Origin: Lytechinus pictus
Taxonomy: Eukaryota
DNA length: 64,000 nucleotides
Direction: 5' to 3'
Assembly: GCF_037042905.1 (NCBI RefSeq)
Contig: NC_087246.1
Span: 68,200,001-68,264,000, forward strand
The position numbers and the translations under genes are program-made. The notes under the pieces are model-generated. The model was not told where the DNA came from. It ran no database searches and saw nothing but the letters and a program-made list of their open reading frames with translations. How positions within the stretch are numbered: the stretch's first letter is position 1; every line of letters starts with the position of its first letter. Below are positions 1 to 15,100 of this stretch, piece after piece.

Positions 1-194
1 CATAGGACAAGAGCTTGACAACATTCCTCAGGACCTTAGTATCCTCATCCCTCCCGGATTCCTTCTGTTGAATGGCCTCCAGTACCTCACTACCAGTCTT
101 TTTGGGATAGGCACACCCGTCTTCATGCCCCTCCAAACCATGGTGTGGTCCTTGCCAGGAACAACCAATCTGATAGTACTTACACTTTGTTACC
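1..194 (-). CDS. CYHR1: CYHR1 coding exon 3 (runs off window)
   Basis: Acceptor AACAG|G; encodes [30 protein letters not shown]...LLSY (TRAF-type Zn finger); open frame to window edge. Confidence 0.9.
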
Positions 195-3100
195 CTGTTC
201 ATATGCATTTTAGTCAACGATTCATTACAACATAGCAAAGAAAACAAGTAAAAGAGGAAAAGAATGGGAGGAAAAGGGGGAGAAAATGAGAGAAAATTGA
301 AATTAGATGCTTGTATTTGATTACTTTTGCCTTGAACAATCAATATGAAACAGTACTAAGTTTTCTTAAATGATGAAAATGAAATAACAATCAACATCAC
401 TTACCTTTCCTTCAGGAACACTAGTATATATACCTGAGGCATGTAACATCAAGTTTAGTACATTGATCATAGGGCTAATTTTTATGATTGATAACACATG
501 AGAATCAATGCAATCAATCAAATAAATCAGTGCTATGATCAATTACTAAATTTGATGTTACAGGGCTCAGATGTAGAATATGAAATTGTATATTCTTAAA
601 AGTATTTATTGTGAAATAATGATATTAATGCATGTTGATGTTTAAATTACTGCATACTTTCATTATTTACTGTCATCATTATTTCTCTTATTGTTATAAT
701 TTCTTCCTGATATGAACTGGGTTTTTTTTCTTATTAATATTCTGCTTCGACAATGAAACCTTATATCTCAATAATAGGCTCAGTGGCTTAATTTCTTCAG
801 ATAGAAATCTTGAATTTGGAACTGAAAACAAGTTATCATGTCATTTAAAAAAACATTTTCTCATAAGTTTGAAATACAAGATTTCTTGCCCTAGCAACAA
901 TGTAGTTTCCCTTTTTTCATTATATTTGTTTCCTTTAAATTGGTACAAAGTGATTCATTTGTGTATTATCTGATACATTTGAAACATTTATGTTGATGTA
1001 GAAGAATAAGACAAATCCATATATCTCAAGTATATCAGGAATCAAACCAAGCTGTTTTCAAATAAATATCAATCATATTGATATTGGAAGGCAATCTCAG
1101 AAGGAAAAAGTTATGAGATGATATTCAATCATTTTTCTATATTTTCTTCTATATATGATTTCAATTACAGAAACTCAGAAAATGTATGGATTTGTTTTAT
1201 TTCATCTGAAAGTAAAAGACATTACTAAGTGTTTTTTGTTGGTTGAATTGTGTCAAAGTTTGAGGATATGATTTTCCCCCCATTTTTTTCCGACACAAAC
1301 CCAGACAAAAACCGATTTAATCTGCTGATGAAAGAGAGTGCAGAGAAGGGAGAGATGGAGGAAGAAGAGTAAGAAAGGGGAACTTGGGGAGAGGGAGCAA
1401 TGGAGGAACAGAGAGAAAGGGGAGAGAAAGAAAGGAGAGAGTGATAGTTAAAGTTATTCCCAAATCAGGATAATACTACATTTGTGTACGTGTACATTAA
1501 TGGAGCCCTATGAATTTTAATACTGTTTAATTAAAATGAAATCATGAATAAATATGTGTGCCTTTAAATGTGTACATGTGTAGGGGATCTATGTAATAAT
1601 GCTTGTGTAAAATTGCAAAGTAATCTGAAAATACCAGAGAAAAATTCTTTGGAGAATAGAAGGGGAGGAATTCAAATATAATTATTGGAAATCCACTCAG
1701 CCCATCCTTATATAAGCAGATACTCTACATATAAGATCCTAGATTACATGTGGATATCTCTATTAAAAAATCCAAATAAATAACTGCAAAGATTCTGCAT
1801 GAACGATTTACAGCTTAATAACACTTTTTTTTTTCTAATTATGAATATTTTTGTATGTATATTGGTGTAATCAGTCATTATGCAACAGTGATTACATTAT
1901 AAAATATCAAACCATGATAAACGAACTGAGTAATAATTGAGATGCAATTTACCTCGCATAATTCCCCTGTATGTTATTCCATTTTCCAGACGGTGTATTG
2001 CTGGCCAGAAAATGAACTTCTAGTTTTCACCACAGTACAGATTGGCAGTGTAAAGAATTATATAAAAACTGTGAAATTATTGATTTAATAACTAATAGCA
2101 GTTATGAAATCTGTGTGTAAAATTCATATCAAGTCCCCCCTCCCTCCCCCCCCCCCAAAAAAAAAAAGGAAAACAAGACAAAGAAATCTCTATTAGCTTA
2201 ATGCATATGGGTGCTCGTACCGGTACTGTATATCTCATGAGCGATGGTAGTACATTTTGTACATTATTTAGTATGTATGGAGATCAATGCACATCTGATT
2301 ATCAGACTAGAAAGCAAGTATATTGCGACGTTTGCAATATTCATGGCGAGCATCAACCAGTATTTGAAATTAAACAGATCATAAATTTTGATTCATCCAG
2401 GAAAATAGTTAATTACATATATGAAAAAAAGATATCTTTTCATGTGGATTTACAATTCTTCAGAGAATATGTTTTATGTGCGATCTTGGTTGTTTCTTCC
2501 ACATGTCTTGAGTTTGAAAATTACTTTGAACTCAAATTCTGTTGATGGATGATGCAAGTTGGCTTTATACTCCTCCCTTTAAAAGTGGAATTAATTAGCC
2601 TTACAGTGTATATTAATTGGGGGTTGTGGATAAGTATTTTATCAATAACCTTATATCCTAATATCAGAAAAGACTTGTGAGTAAATTTTCTCTTATAATA
2701 TGCCCCAACTAATAAATTGAGCACTATTCTAAGATGCCAAGGCTGGTTTAATATTTCCCTTTAATTGTGTCAGAGCGCTCATATTTCCCGTCTGGCTATC
2801 ATTACTCACTGATGTTACCTCCATAGGAACTCCATGGGTACAGTTTAATTTCCATCACTTCCCCATAGCACAGTGCTCAGTGCTTTTACTATAATGTGCA
2901 ATAATGATATGCATGGTGATGAAATATCTTTTCACTATACTTGTGGGCTAGCTCACTGATAAAAGATATTAACATCTCTTACTGAACTTATGATTTCATT
3001 TGAAATGTAGATGGATTTCTAGTGTATACCATTTTATATCATTGAATATCATATTCTAAGTCTCAGAATAACTCATAATTAGATATTGATATGTTATATC

Positions 3101-6100
3101 AAAACCTTTGATTATTTTGCAAATCATATCATATTCTGTATGAGAGCTATTAAATAGTTTATTGAGATTTATGAATTTACATGTATAAGGGCTAATTTTC
3201 AAAGCTATTTTCATTTTGAAGAGGGAGGGGCTACTTTCATCATTTCAATGGCTACCTACTTCTTCATTTCACATTGTATATTATTCAATTTTTCACTTTG
3301 CATTATATGCTTATGTTCATTATTTTACTATAAAAAGAAGCAAAGCTGTTTTTCAATCATGAATGGTTATATTTTGTAGCAAAGTGAATTTGGAACCATA
3401 CAAAAAGAAAATGAATACCCAAAAGAATTTGTTTTTCAGGAATATAGGGGATGATTTAGGCTGTATTTCAAGGCAAACTGTACTGTCCCCCTCCCCCTCT
3501 GTAAATTACTTAATTTGTATTTTTAAAACCTTATTATCCAATATGATTTCCTACTAATTTATACACTGTATACCTACCTACATTTTTTGCAATTGTTTCA
3601 TCAAATTAAAGTGCAAAGTGAATGAATTCATTTAATTTACTCCTCTTATATGTATAGTTGGTGTAATGTTGTTTCAGTATGTGTGAGTCAGTATGTTTCA
3701 TTTTCAATATGTATATGCAAATTTCAGTATCTCTATTTCTTTCTATCATACCTGTATGATTCACCATACATATTCATTCTTTGTTTAACCAAAGAAATTT
3801 ATGAATGTATATAGTACAGTCTGCAATCTAAGAACTAGTTTGCATTGATGAATAGCACTCTAATTAAAGATAAAAGAATGCATGTAATCATATTTTGACA
3901 CAAAATCACCAATCAACAGAGTACCCACAAGTTTTACATCTTCTTTCCCCATATTTTGAGCTATATTCATTCTTGATTTTTTTTTTCTTTTAATTTTTTT
4001 TCTGGTTCATTTTTGTCATTTTAATTATTGTGTTATACAAAGTTTGGAATAGCAATCCTAATAAAAATCTCTGAAAACACATAAATGGCATAAAATACAA
4101 TAAAATCTTATTTATGATTTGCACTATGATTGTGGTTAACATCGAATATGGTATACTTTTGCATAAAAATATGATCACAGCATTATTAACATTATTTAAA
4201 AAATAAATGTTTACATATTTGAAACACACACACAAAGCAAAATGAAAAAAGCTTTATGATGATAAGAAACTGTTTCCTTTGAGCTTTTTCAGCAATTTCA
4301 CAGAAAAATGCTGGTAGTCATCGTATAAAATAAAGGCAACTGAAATATCATTCATGACTGACAATTATATACAAAAAGAAAAACCCAAACAATTCTTCCT
4401 TCACACTTAACCAACAATATGATTTTTAAAAATAACAATTTTTTTCAATTCTTCCCAAGTTACAAAATTCCCACTTATATGAAACAATCTCCATTTTTAA
4501 TAACAAATATAAAGATTTAATAATGGATGGATTGGTATTAAAGTTTCAAATTGTTCTCTGATAATGGTCATGGTATAATGTTTGATTGGACTAAGTGGGT
4601 AATATTTTACATATTGCAGAATCATCATAAAGAAAAAAAAAAGGAGCAAATTTAGATTTGATTTTAATGACCTCTGAACAATGTAGATGAAATATTTCAT
4701 GACAGAGTTAAGTGTAAAAGAAAAATGTCTTGAATAGGAAAATCATTTTGCATATAATTTTCTCAATCACATAAAAGCAATATTTGTAAATGACCATTCC
4801 TTTGTTCAAGAGGATTACCAGCAAATTCTCTGTTAATCTAAAATAAAATGTAAAATAAACAAAAAGAATAATATAATTGTCTCAATGGAAGCTGGCTAAA
4901 TGTATTTCAGGTAGTACTGAACATGTAGATGTAGAACTACCAGTATCCAACCAATTAAATAAATAATCTTAATAAAGACAATTATTTAGAGAAGAATGAA
5001 AATAATGTAGAATGACAATTTTGTTCTGTCAACTCCAGACAATTCCAATTAAAATCAGGATGTGTCTGCATGTTCTTGTGGACATCTGTTCCAGTCCTTT
5101 TGATAAAAGTTTTTAATAAAGGAGGCGGGGGCATCTCTGCAAGATAGCACTTCTAGATCTTCCACTGGTCATCGTGCATGGCACTGCTTAAAGGGCAAGT
5201 ATACCCCAACAAAGAGTAGACTCGATTAAATAGAGAAAAATCAAACAAGCATAATGCTGAAAAATCATCAATATCGGCAGTAAAATATGAGTGTTATGAT
5301 TTTTCAAAGTACCTTTATTTTTCACAAAATAGTTATGTGATACGCAAATGAGAGCCGATGATGTCACATACTCAATACTTTTTTGTATTTTTTTATATGG
5401 AATACATATATCTTCTTTTTTTTCTTCATATTTTACAATTCAGAAGCATCTTCACTGTATCACAATAGGATGATTCAAACCCCTTTTCATTATAAAATGA
5501 GGAAAACATAAAGATGTTTCACACTTCATACAATAAAATACAAAAAAAAGTGAGTGGGCGAGGCTAGCAGTTTCCTCATTTGCATACCAACCAGTACGTG
5601 CACTGTGCATATAACTATTCCTAAATTAAGCAGAACTTTATTAATTGCCATGGAATATCCGACTTTGATTAGTTTCTCACATTATGCTGGTTTGATTTTT
5701 CTTTTTTAATTCATATCAACATTTTGTAGGGATGGACTTGCCCTTTAATAGATGCAGATTACCAGGACAGAGAGAGAGAGAGAGAGAGAGAGAGGCATCT
5801 CAAATATGACATGTGCGAAGGGAAAGTATCAGTTTCATACAGCCTAAAGAAGATGCACTGCTGCTGATGTTGCATACTACATCCCTTCTCTCCTTGCCAA
5901 ATGAGATGTTTGAAGGCCAAGGGAAGACAAGCGTGCATCTGCAACAATTTCTTTTTTCCCAATCCAGTATATGTCGTTGCTTTGCCCAAGTTCAAGCATC
6001 AATATATACCCATCTGCACTAGAAGCTGTATCTGCAGCACTTAGTATAATGAATTTGACCTTTCTTATTATGGTTGAGCTACCATGCTCGTCCCTGTTGA

Positions 6101-9100
6101 TATTTTGGAGGTAATCAATTGGGCAGGATGGAATGTCAATTGGGCTTATGTACAATTAACATAAATTGACTATTTAGGTTCATTAAGAATGCACAGAACC
6201 CACAGTGAGAGCTCCCCCTCTATTCATACATATTTCCAAAACATAATTATCATTGGTAAAAAAAAGGAGAGGTGAAAAAACTGCTTGTATATTTGGTAAG
6301 GGGGGGGGGGGTAGGATTCTCAGTTTCAACCCTTTCATGCTCTCAACAAACCAAAGGATCGATGTACATGTATGTAGGTGAGAATATAGTTTGTCAAATG
6401 CACATCTCAAAATTCCACTTTATCCACCCACATGATAACCCCTTTTTCTTTCATCTTATTTTCATTTTATTTGTCTTTGTTGAAAAAAAAATATGTAGGC
6501 ATCTGTCACTACATGTATTTAAAATTGCTGTTTTATTTTGTTTCAAATTGCACCTTAACAATTTCTAGACGCGAGCAGGATTAACACCAGAGCAATTTTT
6601 AGAGCTGGGTAAATTGTGAAGTGTAGCAAGCAGAGCTCTCGCCCCATACACACCAAGCCTCCATTGGCCGACTTTGGGGCCCTTGGTGGGGTCCAGGAGC
6701 CTGTTTAAATGCTTTAAAAGTTAAAATATCATAATCCTGAATATTTAAGTCCTGAATACAGGTGCTTCATTGGCTGAAAATCAAATTGCGCAAGATTTTT
6801 TGAATTGCTTGTGGTTGCAACTCTTTCTGCAACGGGCCCCAGGTGTTGTAAAAATTTGTACAAGGAAAGTCAGGAAAAACAAGGAAAATTTATGGCCCAT
6901 AAAACATGGGCCATGTTTTATGTAGCTTATTGGTGTTTATAAAATAGAGTTACGCACCCTTTTCTGAATTCAATTTTTTTAACCGTAAGCTTGTATCTGG
7001 CAAAGCCCTACCCATTTTTAAGTTAATAAAAAGATCAGTAATCCTGATAGCCTCGGATTTCACAGGCAATGACCTAAATTCACAAAACAAAAATCTGCTC
7101 ACATGATCGAGGTCAACAAAAAGTCACATGTCATGCCAGCCAATACTAATTTTTTTCCACCAGCCCATATTTGTGACTTGTGTACATGTACCTAATTAGT
7201 ATTCCAGTCCATGCACATTATTACATGTGAGATCAGATGTACATGCTAGGGTCACTGTTATCTTGTTAATGAGGACATTTTTGTATTTTTTTTTCTTGTC
7301 AATAATCATTTCTGAAGGGAAAAGTATAAGATTATGGGGGTCAAAATTATTTGTGGGTTAAAAAATGTAATATACCATTTTGACAAAAGGTACCACAAAA
7401 TGTCAATTTTCAAGATAAAATTTTTGAGTATTAACATAACATACACATGACATTACCTTACACATAGTTTGCTATCAGTAGGGTGGAGTGGAATGTAGAG
7501 AGAGCATGATAATTGATTTAAGTTTTTCCCTCCAGGCCATTTTGTTTGCACAGGTACATACATGTACATAATAATTATGATAAAGATCACCTCTGCTTAA
7601 AACAGATTTCTCATCAACTGCAAATGGGTATATATTGAGCTACATTTAGTCTCCTGCTAATACTGGATCCTTTGCTTTTCTGTAACCCACAGAATAAAGA
7701 AGGTACAAGAAAAATCAATAATAATAATAATAATAAAATAAAAAATTGCTGAGCCACAACGCTCCATTGATGCTAAGAAGAACATGGTCCAAATCCAGCG
7801 AGCGCATTAAAAAAAAAAATTGAGACAGGAAGCATGCGATGACGCTCACTTTAATTTTTAGTCTGCAACAAAGGAAGAGACTTCTTTCCTCCTTGAAAAC
7901 ATGGCTCCCACACATCATGGTGAACTTTGTTTGCTGCAAGTCTTGGTAACATTTTTACAGAGTTAAGATTTCTGAAAAATCTGGTGTACCATATTTTCAA
8001 ACCACTTTATTTCACACACAATGCTTGTTACTAATAAAAGAATGAAAATTAAAGAAAGAAGGGAAAATTTGTTCAAACATACTACCAGTCTTACTATTGT
8101 GGTGTGTGTGTTAAAAAAGCTGCATGTGACTGAATTTTTCAGAAAACCATTTATCAAGTTCACATTTTGTGTAAAATAATTGTCAAAATTTTGTTCTCTT
8201 CAGAAATCAAACGGTTTGCTGTCATCAAAATTTCAAAATTTCTTAAAGGAATATACAAAAATATTTAGAAAGTTCAATTTTATTGAAGTTTTCATAACCA
8301 AAAACTCTGATATATGTGTATATCTTTTTTAAGAATGTAATAGGATAATAATCAATTTTCATGTTAATTCTTCGTTTGGACAATAATTGCGCTTTACGAT
8401 TTATCAGGTGCACTGACAATTTTCATTGACATGTAAGTTAGAAATTTGTGAACAAAGATCAGTTGAACAGCTAGCTGCACCTATTCCTCATAAAATTAAA
8501 AAATTATAATTCTAAAGCCCAAAGAACACAGTTAAGGGCCCGATATATGCTGGATGCAGAAAACATATATTTGACACATCATAAAGCCTCCATTGAATGT
8601 TATAGTTTCACAGGAGTGAACTCTTTCAATTATGACAATATCACATGTTAAATACACCCATTGCATCAGGCACAGTGGCCCTTGACAGAGCACTTTTATG
8701 CTTCCATCAAAGTACTTTCAATATTTGATTTTAAAAAAGCCAGTGCACATAGAAAAAAAAACAAATATTCAATTATAAAATAAGGGATATCTTTCCTTTA
8801 ATCTTTCTTGATTAAAAAGCTCATAAAATATGAAAAATCTGAGACTGGTATTTTAGTACTATTTTCAAAAAAATGAATCTATCATATGGTTTAGCCCTAT
8901 GAGAAAGCAAAGCCAAATAATGCTTGATGACTGAAGAGACAGCTAAATTATGGAATCACATTTTCCATTGTCGCATTCATCAAAGCAATGAATCTATTGA
9001 CATTAAGGTTTAATATCTAGCCTTGATAGCACATATTTTTCCCAATATTACTACAGTAGGCACATGACATTTAGCAGAATTATACATGAATTGGCAGGTA

Positions 9101-12100
9101 AAAAGAATGGCTATTTTGGTATCAAAGTTCATGTTATCTCCTACTTTGAGCCATGTTATTTGAATAGATATAAAACTAAGAAAGAATTGTCTCTTTTTCC
9201 CCTTCAAACTGGGCATGTTTTCTCCAAGGCCGTGAAAATCAAATTAATGTGCTGTATTAGGGAGTCCATCTGTCTGACGCTGTTTCGTCTTCACATTCTC
9301 AAGACTATAATAGAATCAATCTCCAAACAAAGCTAATCCTATAGCCAACATGCGTAATGCTTTCACTTGGTAGTTGAACGTCTATGTATGGATTGTTTCA
9401 TGAGAATTGTTACCGATTTTTTTTTACTTCATTACAGTATCTGAGCAAGCCCTCAATGATATAAACATATACAAGAGAAAGACCGCCTTGGTTTACCACA
9501 TATAGAGGCGCCTTACAGAACCTTGTCTTTCATGCAGGAATCCTACAAATATCATTCTAATCCTCACATTGAATAATTTTTTTTTAATGGAATGTGGCAA
9601 AAGCCACTGTGAAAGATTTATAGTGCCTTGATAATAGGATCCTGGCTGAGAGACATAGCCTTAACTTCTGATAAGGTTCCCTATACTTCCCTGTCATAAA
9701 GCTGTACAGTTTTTTTTATCCAAGGCCATAATTTTCATTTTTTGGGGTCAAAAGTTCATTTTAGGATAAAAAATATTGTGGTTGGCATTTAAATCCCCCT
9801 GTTTCTTGGATAACGAATACATGATTTTTTTGTGTGATAACTAAGGAAATTTCTTTAATACATTAATCAAAATTTTCTGTCTTTTTCCCCCAAAAAGTCT
9901 CTGCAGATATCCATGCCTGATCACAAAATTAATGTCACAATTCTGTCTCCAAACCAGCAACATTTAAGGTATGTCAATCTGACCAATTTATTGAATTTCT
10001 TCTCTCAAGATTCTAAATAGTAAATTGAAAAAATATCAGTGACAATCAATTGTGAGTACTGTGTATCTACTAAAAAAATATATGAAGAAAGAGAGATTAA
10101 ACAACTATCGTCATATATTCAGAAAACGCTGATTTATGACAGAAAAATACTCACGGCTGTTTATACATTTTATTTGTGATCAAGTAATGCTATAGGACAG
10201 AGCTACTTAAAGCTAGATATCAAAATATAATAATGTATATTCCCTAAATTACCCATCAATGAATATAATAATTACTCCAATTCATTAAGGGCTTTCAAAA
10301 AAGACTCAAAATCATTTTCTGATATTCCTTTTCTTTTTTTTTCTTTTGAACACTGCCCTAACACTTGCCAAACCAGAAAGTTGGAACTGCAACGATGACT
10401 TGCTCATAAATACTGATTTTTTTTTTGTAAGATTAAATCTGAAAATGAGGAGAGAGGAAAAAAGCAGCATTCAAAGGCAAGGTGCACTGGAAGCCATGTT
10501 TCCAACATGAGGAGTGTACGAGGAGTACACCATACTTACCCGTTACCAAACCTTGCAAACGTTTGCACATCAGGGGCACGAAAAACATGTAGCTGACATG
10601 TACTGCCACCACTTGGTCGGAGCTAGGACAATGGTTGGGGATCCCGAAGAAAGAGCTGCGTGAGCAATTGAAACAACATCACATTGAATAAAACTTGAGG
10701 ACATTCTTGGTAATTCATGCCCTAGCCTATCCTATCCTAGCAAATGTCCTTACTCTACGGCCTTAACTAAACCCCCGACTACCGCGACCTACATCCCTAC
10801 TGGGGGTTGATACTTACTCCCTATGCCTATGCCCCGCAGACGGAGCTGGTTACCTTTCTGTACAGCCTTGTCTTTCGTGCTGGTCCAGCAAGTATCGTGG
10901 AAGCTTACACGTGCAGTATCGGCAGCTGGCTGGAAGCTCACTGACGGCCTTCTCCACAGCCAGGTTACGGCTGCAGAGGTTTTTGCTGATCTCGCAACGG
11001 CAGTTGGGACATGTTGGCTGCTCGTCTTTTAGTCTCGAGTCTGCTAGCAGATGGGTGAAGCAACCAGCACACATCAAATGTCCATTGTTACACTGTATGC
11101 AAAAGAAAATAAATGTAGATTTTTCATCAACTCAATGAAAGGATGACATCATATTAGCTATCACTTCCTTAATATTATAACTGTCTCTTCAAACAGTAAT
11201 TCTACCAGCCCTAATACAATCATTCCATTATAAAACAAGAGTGTCACTAAGGCGAGCACATAATACACCTGCCTGTAACACGAAAAATTGAGTTATTGGT
11301 CAAGCAAGAAAAGTGGAAGGTGGTGACTTCACCTTTGACCTTCTGACCTCAAAATCGATAGAATTGCTGAGATCTATGCCAGTATCATACACACCAAATT
11401 ATATGAGCCTAGGTTAAGTTCAACTAAAGTTATCGCATTAAAAAGGACTTCAGAAGGGTAAGATGAAAACATGTCAGTATGACCTAGACCTTTTGACGTC
11501 AAAATCGATAGGATTCCTGGGATCCATGCTAGTATCATACACACCAAATTATATGAGCCTAGGTTAAGTTAAACTGAAGTTATCGCGTTTACAAGGACTT
11601 CAGAAGGGTAAGATGAAAACATGTCCGTGTGACCTTGACCTTTTGACCTTAAAATCAATAGGCTTCCTGGGATCCATGCTAGTATTATACACACCAAATT
11701 ATATGAGCCTAGGTTAAGCTAAACTGAAGTTATCTTGTTTAAAAGGACTGCGGAAGGGCAAGACGAAAACATGTTACTGTGACCTTGACCTTTTGACCTT
11801 AAAATCAATAGACTTCCTGGGATACATGCTAGTATCATACTCATTAAATTATATGAGCCTAAGTTAAGTTAAACTGAAGTTATCGCATTTACAAGGACTT
11901 CAGAAGGGTAAGATGAAAACATGTCACTGTGACCTTTGACATTTTGGCCTCAAAATCATAAGGCTTCCTGGGATCCATGCTAGTATCATATACACCAAAT
12001 TACATGACCCTACATGTAGGTTAAGTAAAACTGAAGTTATTGCGTTTACAAGGAAAAAGTTAATGGACAGACGGACACCAAGCGTGATACCATAATACGT

Positions 12101-15100
12101 CCCGTCTAGGGGGGTTTATAGAAAGTAGCAAATTTTGTTGCTATTTTACAAATGCAATCCATTTCATGTCGTAAGGTCAATGAATTTAGTGGTATTTGTC
12201 TTTTCTTTTTAGTTTCAAGACTTAAGTGGTTATGACTGTAGAAAAAAAAGGAATGCATATGACGTTACTAATTTAAATATTGTGGAATTAGGCAAACACA
12301 TTAATTGCATAGCAAAAGGACACAAACATTGTGGCCTTTTTGCAGTTAAACAATACGCTCTATTCTGTATGGGCGCAACCATTTATTGTTATGCAGTCAT
12401 TTCTTCTGGGCTTTTTTCCTTTTGACAAAGACAAATGATACTCTACGTTGAGGTGATGATGAGTAATGGTGTGCTTTCTATCAGACCACTGTTCATGTAG
12501 TACCAGGTACACCTCAGCAGGCGAGTAGCCAGGGGGCGGTCGCCCCCCCCCCCCCCCAAAAAAAAAGGAGGAAAAGGAGAAAAAGAAAAAACGAAAGGAG
12601 AAAAGGGAAGAAAGGTATAGTTTCGTTGTTTTTTCCTTCTTTTTTTGTCAAAAGAATAAAAAACCGAAATGAAAAGTTGATCTCTCTTCATACAAAATTT
12701 TGCTTCTGCGCGGGGAAAATATCAAAATCGCCTTTCCCTTTTGTTTCCCACACCTTTTTTTCTACTCCGTTTTCCCCCTTCCCGGCTGTGGGAGTCGTAT
12801 ATTCTTGCCAGAAATTATACATGGGTGTATTAAGGAGTATACAATGGATTTTTTTTTTTATTGCATTGACACAAACTGTCGGCTCTTCTGTTCAGAGCGG
12901 GTAAACTTTACCGTCACTTCCCGACTCCCCAAATGATATTTCTTTCCGGAGCTTTTAAGAAAGTAGTTTTTTGGCAAAGTATATCTGCTCAAAAGGGGAG
13001 GCATTATATTTGGGCCGTGCTACATGCAAAAGTATGTACGATATAAAACTTTATTCCATATCGTTGCACATCCATCTCCTGTCTTGTTTTGTGCCATTGA
13101 TTTAAAAATTTTAAGTTCTGTGTAGTTTCTTAATCAAACAAGAGGAAGCACTTAATATGAGCGAAATTACACAATTTCATTTCTTCCAATATAAATCACA
13201 AAGGTTTCCGTGCTTCGCGAGCATGGGAAAGGAAAATCAAGTCCCTCTTCTAGCTTGCATCATCCCTTATGGTCTAGAAATGTCAAAATTCTAAGAGATT
13301 AAAGTTTCAGAGAAATTCCTAAAATTCAGTTTCAACGCCATTCGCGGGAAGGAAGGAAGGAATAGGGCCTATTTCCTTCCTGCATATATATACACGTCTT
13401 CTATTCCGTTTTGCGACTTGAGTTAACTTCAGTTAACAAAATTTAAATCAAATCTAATGTGACCAAGGTAGGCATTTTATACCACTTCTGTTCTAGATTT
13501 TTATAAAACGTTTTAGCTTCCGCGCGTAAGAGGAATTATTTCAAATCTTCAAGCTCATAATTTCTTTTGAAAAAAGTTTTTTTTTAATCGCAGCAATTCA
13601 AATAAAATCGAGTTGATAAGGGTACTAGAGACGCAAGAGACACATTCTTTTGATTTGAATTTGATGATATATTAAAAACTTCGCGCTCCGCGCAGGAGGG
13701 GGGAACCTAGCTCCCCCTCCCTGCACCCTCCCCCCTAGGCAATGCCCCTAGGTGTTGGCACCAACGAACGTAGAGGGCAGCAACACACAATACTGCAAAG
13801 TGTTGCTGCCCTCTACGTTCATTGGTTGGCACGCTTCGCGTGCACTTACCGCCCCCTCCAAAATTAAATCCTGGCTACGCGGTTGCACCTCAGTAAAAAT
13901 ATAGCAATAACTAAAGGATTATCGTGCCATCAGTAGGGTGTAGACCTACATATATGCACACAATTTTCAGGGTCATACATGAATCTGTCATTCATAGGGA
14001 GGACAGAAAACCCTGAACAATTTTGTTTACTTCCGTGGAATGCAAAGAATGTGTATGATAAAAGAAATTCTAAATCCCCCAATTCATACCACTTCAAGAA
14101 TTCCAGTCTGTACAATTGAAGGTGGTATCCCAAAATATGTGCATTACGTCCATTGTCTAATCAGGTGAATTTACTTTAAACAGGCTTTCAAGAAATTGGA
14201 TGTAGTAAGAAAAGCATTGTTATTTGACAAGTAGATAGCTGACCTCTGATTCCCTTTATTTGCAATTTGTGCCAAACTATAGTGCACATGAATTTAGAGA
14301 GATTTAGAAACATTTTTTTTTTAAATCAAGGTTCATTTAGGTAAATTATAGACCTGCTGAAATAAAGGCTTTCTCTACCTAGATCTTCATTGTAGAAAAG
14401 TTCTGACAGTCAGAATGTTGTGAAATAACCAAATGCTGAAAACTGCCATGACAAATACATAATACATGTATAACTGATAAACCTATGTGCAGTAAAAACA
14501 TGTTTCTTGCCCTCTGAACTGGGCATAAATATTTACTCATGTCTGGTCTGACTTGTGAAAATTTGACCACAAATAGAAGAGGCGATTGGTGAAAAAAAAA
14601 TGTTCAAATTGTGACAAAAGCGTGAAACTTATAATCAAAATAACATTCTAAAAATTTTCAGCGGGTGGTGCCAAAATGATCTCTAATTAGTATAGCAACG
14701 CTTGCTAGGAAACATATTTTCACTAGCAACCTGTACAAAGGACCAATGATATTAAATGGTTATGATGCAACTTAGCATTTAAAACTTCAAATATCATATG
14801 AAATTTATTTTTTGAAACTGCATTGCCATGGTAACAGCATATTACAATTAATCTGTAAACATATATTGAACTACTTCTTTTTATGACCTGTGCTCGTGAA
14901 ATTTGGTACATACATAGGTCTAGAGCTAGAGTACCTCGAGCGAAGTTCGTGCAGGCTCCACTCCACTTCACTACCGCTACACCAAGGCTCGACATTAGCG
15001 GTGGCCCGGTGGCCCGGGGCCACCAGAAATTCACCTCGGGCAACCATTATTGAAAAAATATTAAGTTTTGGTGGCCCGAATCGGGCAACCAATAATTTTC

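Noticed and set aside
7670-7695. METTL16-type UACAGAAAA motif in CYHR1 intron 2
   Set aside because: Single copy, predicted base-paired rather than looped.
11320-12050. CRISPR-like periodicity
   Set aside because: Whole 150-bp units repeat with no unique spacers; eukaryotic context; no cas genes.
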